Part shown: positions 16,828 to 20,000 of the stretch, in pieces
How the letters are laid out: each line of letters begins with the position of its first letter
How positions within the stretch are numbered: the stretch's first letter is position 1
DNA from: an uncultured virus (IMG/VR IMGVR_UViG_3300035423_000032)
Taxonomy: Duplodnaviria > Heunggongvirae > Uroviricota > Caudoviricetes
Length of the DNA stretch: 20,000 bases
Direction: 5' to 3' (one strand)
IMG/VR virus record: IMGVR_UViG_3300035423_000032
Span: 44,984 to 64,983 of that record
Program-made: the position numbers and the translations under genes
Notes under the pieces: generated by a model
Databases searched by the model: none
What the model was told of the DNA's origin: nothing
Seen by the model: the letters and a program-made list of their open reading frames with translations, nothing else

Positions 16828-16876
16828 TTTTTTGAACTTCCTCCTTTAAAATGTGCTTTTGATAACCTATCGGTTA

Positions 16877-16905
16877 TTGACAAGTAGGGACTTTTGTGGT
16901 AAAAT
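16877..16905 (+). promoter_or_regulatory. Rightward (lysogenic) sigma70/A promoter
   Basis: TTGACA-17 nt-TAAAAT with extended TG. Confidence 0.8.
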
Positions 16906-17002
16906 ACTTTCGCTACAAAGAATTATCAAAAAAGCCTACTTGCCAATAAACTGCCCCCACTTTGCGTTTTCGGGGGTGGTAGGTTTTGGTTATCGTCTTT
17001 TT

Positions 17003-17020
17003 TGATAACCTTGGTTATCA
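17003..17020. promoter_or_regulatory. Palindromic operator TGATAACC-TT-GGTTATCA (related copy at 16860-16878)
   Basis: Perfect 8-bp arms over the leftward transcription start; the variant overlaps the rightward -35. Confidence 0.6.
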
Positions 17021-17048
17021 TTATATAGGAACTTTCCTGCATTGTCAA
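17020..17048 (-). promoter_or_regulatory. Leftward (early lytic) consensus promoter
   Basis: TTGACA (17048-17043)-17 nt-TATAAT (17025-17020) on the minus strand. Confidence 0.88.
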
Positions 17049-17071
17049 CTATTTTTGCAGGAATTTTCCTA
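17026..17071. promoter_or_regulatory. Pair of operators TAGGAA-NN-TTCCTGCA flanking the leftward -35 (candidate CI sites)
   Basis: 17026-17041 and inverted 17056-17071 share 14/16 nt; each has an AGGAA/TTCCT palindrome. Confidence 0.7.
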
Positions 17072-17095
17072 AATTATTTTTTTAGGAGAATTACT

Positions 17096-17512
17096 ATGGA
17101 TAAAGCAACTGAAATCATTATCGAACTTATGACACAACGCGGACTTTCCGCCCGCCAGTTAGAATCGTCGGCTAATTTATCGAATGCAAGCATTCAGGCG
17201 TGGAAAAGCGGAAAGGCACGCCCCTCGGTAGATGCACTTGTTAAGCTGTCGGACTACTTTGGTGTATCGGTTGACTTCCTTTTGGGTCACGAAGTGCAAG
17301 AAAAAAAGTCGTCCCTTACGGAACGACCTGCTTATGATATTGCCGAAAAGTTTGTTAGCGAGTTCGGCTCTCTGCTCTCGGAAAAGAATTTTATAGACTT
17401 CACAAAGCTCTACAATGTAATGAACGAGAACCAGAAGACGTTTTTACTTGCCAGAACGATAGGAATGTTGAATGGGCAAGGTATAAATACTCAAGCCATT
17501 GTCGGCTACTAA
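17096..17512 (+). CDS. CI-like XRE repressor (no peptidase domain evident)
   Basis: AGGAG RBS; GLSARQLESSANLSNASIQAWKSGKARPSVDALVKLSDYFGVSVDFLLG. Confidence 0.9.
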   Translation: MDKATEIIIELMTQRGLSARQLESSANLSNASIQAWKSGKARPSVDALVKLSDYFGVSVDFLLGHEVQEKKSSLTERPAYDIAEKFVSEFGSLLSEKNFIDFTKLYNVMNENQKTFLLARTIGMLNGQGINTQAIVGY

Positions 17513-17533
17513 TTTTTAACGGGGGTAAAAAGT

Positions 17534-18169
17534 ATGAAATCTATGTTTAAGAAATTGTTAATTGTTGCTTTTGCTGTGCTGTCGGCTACTCTTACACTCT
17601 TATTTGCTGGCTGTACAGACAATGACGATAGCTTGCAAGCTGAATTTGCCAAGTACCTTTCACTCGATAAGAAAAACGGCACCTACGCAATGAATTCGGA
17701 AACAAAGGTTAGCCTTTTCTCTTTCGATATGACGGACGATACGCTTCCGAAGTTCTGCATTGAATTTAATATTGAAGATAAGCCCCTTTCTGAATGGCTC
17801 GAACTGTCAAACGAGAAAAGAAAGGGTGACTTGAAAGCTATCGCGGTGTCGGCGCAGAACTTTATTGTGTTGAAAGATTATAGCAACCGTTGTCAGATAT
17901 ACATTTCGGTCATATACAGTCCCGGCACGCAGTCCATATACGATTTGAACAAGGATACGCTGTACGTTCCGAATTGTGACAGTATTTTTTCGGAAATGTA
18001 CAAAACCTACTCTACTTGCAGTCTAAATGAAGTAAGGGAAAGACCTACTGGACCCGACTGGCTCGCAAATAGAAACATTAAAGGTTCAAGCGACCTTGAA
18101 TCAATGTGGGTTTATGTAAGTAATGGCGCACTGAAAATATCAGGCGAATCCAAATCGACAGCTGTTTAA
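17534..18169 (+). CDS. Lipoprotein, possible superinfection-exclusion/accessory protein
   Basis: Signal peptide with lipobox FAG-C; between repressor and integrase. Confidence 0.75.
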   Translation: MKSMFKKLLIVAFAVLSATLTLLFAGCTDNDDSLQAEFAKYLSLDKKNGTYAMNSETKVSLFSFDMTDDTLPKFCIEFNIEDKPLSEWLELSNEKRKGDLKAIAVSAQNFIVLKDYSNRCQIYISVIYSPGTQSIYDLNKDTLYVPNCDSIFSEMYKTYSTCSLNEVRERPTGPDWLANRNIKGSSDLESMWVYVSNGALKISGESKSTAV

Positions 18170-18191
18170 ACTACCCCACCGCCGTGCTTTA

Positions 18192-18220
18192 TTGAGCCGA
18201 TTACTCGATTAAAGTATAAT
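18192..18220 (+). promoter_or_regulatory. Candidate integrase promoter
   Basis: TTGAGC-17 nt-TATAAT. Confidence 0.55.
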
Positions 18221-18257
18221 TTCCCTTACGAATTTATTTTTGGAGGAAATTATACAA

Positions 18258-19616
18258 ATGAACCAATTTATCAAAGACTGCTTATCGAACATTGCCAAAA
18301 ATTCGGAAGCCATTTCTGCCGCCTCGCAGGGCATAAACACAGCCGTCATAGCTATTTTAGGCTATACTGCCGGGCAACAGGACGCGCAAGACTTTGGTGG
18401 TATCTTTAATGCAGCAGAATCGTTAAACTCTTTTACTCAGGTAGAGAATGGGTCGCAAAATATCGTTTCGGTAAAACCTTTAATTGAGGTGATAAAAGAA
18501 ATGATAATTGAACTCAAACTCAAAGGCTCAGTCCGCGAACGTGAAAACGGGCTGATTGAATTCCGTAACCAACAACTCGGTTCGACTTACGGGAGGGACG
18601 AAAATGAAATAAAAGAAAAGTTATTAAGGAAAATTCGGGCACTGAAAAGCCACAGAAAATTACCGCAACAGCAAAATAAGAAAAAATTCCCTTTACTCTC
18701 GGAATTCTATACGCAACGCTACTTGCCTTATAAACAGAGCCAAAAGCGAGCAGAAAACACTTTAAAGGGAATTGAGTACAACTATAAGTACATAATTGAG
18801 CAAGGCTTTGATAAGCCACTCAACGAGTACACGGCGAAAGACATTAAGGACTTCCTTTTTGCGATAGATAAGACAAGGAAACGCCAGATTATTCAGGGAA
18901 TGCTCAACAACCTTTTCAAATACGCAGTGTCGGAATCGCTCTTAACGGTAAACCCCTGCACCGCCATTGAAAAAATGGAGCATGATACGAATATGGGCAC
19001 GTCCTTTTCATTTGTCGAGCAAGCGCGATATTTCAAAAGGCTTTTTGCGGACGAGAAAATCAACTACCAGCTTAAATGCTATTATATTTTTACATATTTG
19101 GTCGGCAGTCGAAGAAATGAGGGTCTTGACGTTATTTTTTTGGACGCGGATATGGAAGAAAAGCTCTTAAAAGTGAACGGCACCAAAACCGACGGATCGC
19201 TTAGACAAATTCCTTTATTTCCGTTCGTTGAAAAACTGCTCTCTACTCTTACCCCCAACAAGAAAGGTCGTTACTTCCCTTTTACCGAGCGGGCCGCAGA
19301 TGGTGTGTTCAGTAAGTTTATGAAAGAATTAGGAATGGACCATAAACTTCACGACCTGCGCCACTCGTTCGGCACTATTCAAATCTGCTGTAATAAAATA
19401 GACGTTAAAACCGTTTCGCTTTGGATGGGGCATTCCAACATTGAAACTACTTTAAAGTACTATACCCACCCTGAGCAACTCGATAAGGCGACTTTTTTAC
19501 GCGGCGATTTGTCGGAAGACGAGAAAACGGTCATTTATAAGGGTAAATATGCCGAAATACTGCAGTTGATAGATAGTTTTCTAACCGCTCATACCCAAAA
19601 TATACCCAAAAAATAA
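18258..19616 (+). CDS. int: Tyrosine recombinase/integrase
   Basis: GSRRNE (R), TKT (K), HDLRH, MGHS, TLKYY; GGAGG before ATG 18258; alternative start 18501. Confidence 0.93.
   Translation: MNQFIKDCLSNIAKNSEAISAASQGINTAVIAILGYTAGQQDAQDFGGIFNAAESLNSFTQVENGSQNIVSVKPLIEVIKEMIIELKLKGSVRERENGLIEFRNQQLGSTYGRDENEIKEKLLRKIRALKSHRKLPQQQNKKKFPLLSEFYTQRYLPYKQSQKRAENTLKGIEYNYKYIIEQGFDKPLNEYTAKDIKDFLFAIDKTRKRQIIQGMLNNLFKYAVSESLLTVNPCTAIEKMEHDTNMGTSFSFVEQARYFKRLFADEKINYQLKCYYIFTYLVGSRRNEGLDVIFLDADMEEKLLKVNGTKTDGSLRQIPLFPFVEKLLSTLTPNKKGRYFPFTERAADGVFSKFMKELGMDHKLHDLRHSFGTIQICCNKIDVKTVSLWMGHSNIETTLKYYTHPEQLDKATFLRGDLSEDEKTVIYKGKYAEILQLIDSFLTAHTQNIPKK
19591..19611 (+). repeat. Tandem ATACCCAAAA x2, candidate integrase arm sites
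   Basis: Direct repeat at 11-bp period at the int 3' end, ~150 bp from the att core. Confidence 0.55.
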
Positions 19617-19623
19617 CGAAAAA

Positions 19624-19672
19624 TCCCCCGATTTATCGTGTTCGGGGTGTTCCAAAACACGGAATCGGGGGA
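19624..19672 (-). terminator. Long hairpin / intrinsic terminator downstream of the tRNA 3' half
   Basis: TCCCCCGATT/AATCGGGGGA and CGTGTT/AACACG stems; T-rich tail on the minus strand. Confidence 0.7.
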
Positions 19673-19707
19673 CAAAACAATATCAAAAATATTGAATTTT
19701 ACTGATT

Positions 19708-19763
19708 TGGCGCGAAGAAAGGGATTTGAACCCTTGTATGGTCGCCCATAACACGATTTCCAA
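19708..19763 (-). other. att site: 3' half of tRNA-Ser(GGA) from anticodon loop to CCA
   Basis: TTGGAAA TCGTGT TATGG-GCGA-CCATA C AAGGG TTCAAAT CCCTT TCTTCGC GCCA; tRNA similarity stops exactly at the 7-nt anticodon loop. Confidence 0.88.
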
Positions 19764-19772
19764 ACATACCGC

Positions 19773-19806
19773 ATTTTTGGGCTATTTTAGCCTATTTTTG
19801 CCCTAT
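19773..19806. repeat. Three imperfect tandem repeats ATTTT(T)[G/A]G[G/C]CT, candidate arm/Xis sites
   Basis: ATTTTTGGGCT ATTTTAGCCT ATTTTTGCCCT; the reverse complement of the first resembles ATACCCAAAA. Confidence 0.45.
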
Positions 19807-19863
19807 TGAATAGGGTTTTTGAAATTTTGAATACGGAATTTGCAAAAACAGCCTGAAAATGGC

Positions 19864-19892
19864 TTGCCTTTTTTCTCGGCTTTAAGTACAAT
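19864..19892 (+). promoter_or_regulatory. tRNA promoter
   Basis: TTGCCT-17 nt-TACAAT, 11 nt before the tRNA. Confidence 0.7.
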
Positions 19893-19903
19893 GTTAGAGT
19901 AAT

Positions 19904-19994
19904 GCAGAGATGGCTGAGCGGTTTAAGGCGCACGATTGGAAATCGTGTGACGGCTAATACCCGTCCGGAGGTTCAAATCCTCTTCTCCGCGCCA
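19904..19994 (+). tRNA. tRNA-Ser(GGA), full length, with an A3:C70 acceptor mismatch
   Basis: Anticodon arm CACGA-TTGGAAA-TCGTG, long variable arm GACGG/CCGTC, GGTTCAAATCC T-loop, G discriminator + CCA. Confidence 0.92.
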
Positions 19995-20000
19995 ATAAAT

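Larger units (their letters stand above)
1..19810. mobile_element. Temperate phage/prophage early region (lysogeny, recombination, replication and DNA modification modules); extends beyond the left edge
   Basis: Integrase-lipoprotein-CI divergent from Cro-MTases-YqaJ-RecT-replisome organizer-VRR-NUC; tightly coupled ORFs; tRNA-fragment att site after the integrase. Confidence 0.95.

Noticed and set aside
19589..19774. 61-aa minus-strand ORF over the att site as an excisionase
   Set aside because: It is the translation of the tRNA half and terminator; no Xis/HTH features
19773..19820. Short repeats as a CRISPR or mini-array
   Set aside because: 10-11-bp abutting imperfect repeats without spacers; better explained as recombination protein sites
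19904..19994. tRNA as a suppressor explaining TGA read-through at 5741 or alternative genetic code
   Set aside because: Anticodon is GGA (Ser UCC/UCU); TGA, TAG and TAA all act as normal stops in the window
1..20000. Complete DGR cassette, retron, restriction endonuclease or toxin-antitoxin system
   Set aside because: No reverse transcriptase motifs, template repeat, REase or TA pair recognisable in the window

Overview
The window is the early/lysogeny half of a temperate siphovirus-type phage, probably of a Firmicutes/Clostridia host (inferred from gene content and RBS/promoter style). A long leftward early operon (16827->1) encodes a Cro-like HTH, five DNA methyltransferase (MTase) loci, YqaJ/DUF1351/RecT recombination genes, a replisome organizer and G39P-like loader, a radical SAM enzyme, a DUF6273/CLec-type protein, a VRR-NUC nuclease, an ASCH protein and small hypotheticals. 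A rightward block encodes a CI-like repressor, a lipoprotein and a tyrosine integrase, followed by a tRNA-Ser(GGA) 3'-half att site and, in inverted orientation, a complete tRNA-Ser(GGA). Highlights: (1) a nested two-subunit (M.EcoHK31I-type alpha/beta) C5-MTase in which one G9 tract shifts both overlapping frames, currently giving an alpha/beta chimera; (2) the same TCGC-G9 13-mer in a second MTase, where slippage would remove a clamp-binding-like QINLF tail; (3) a DGR-like variable region with a downstream hairpin in a non-structural early gene, with no TR/RT in the window; (4) inverted tRNA-Ser anticodon cores around a promoter and tRNA 5' half; (5) face-to-face switch promoters; (6) an in-frame MTase::DUF5131 fusion and two genes lacking start codons. 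All family assignments come from motif recognition by eye, not from database searches.
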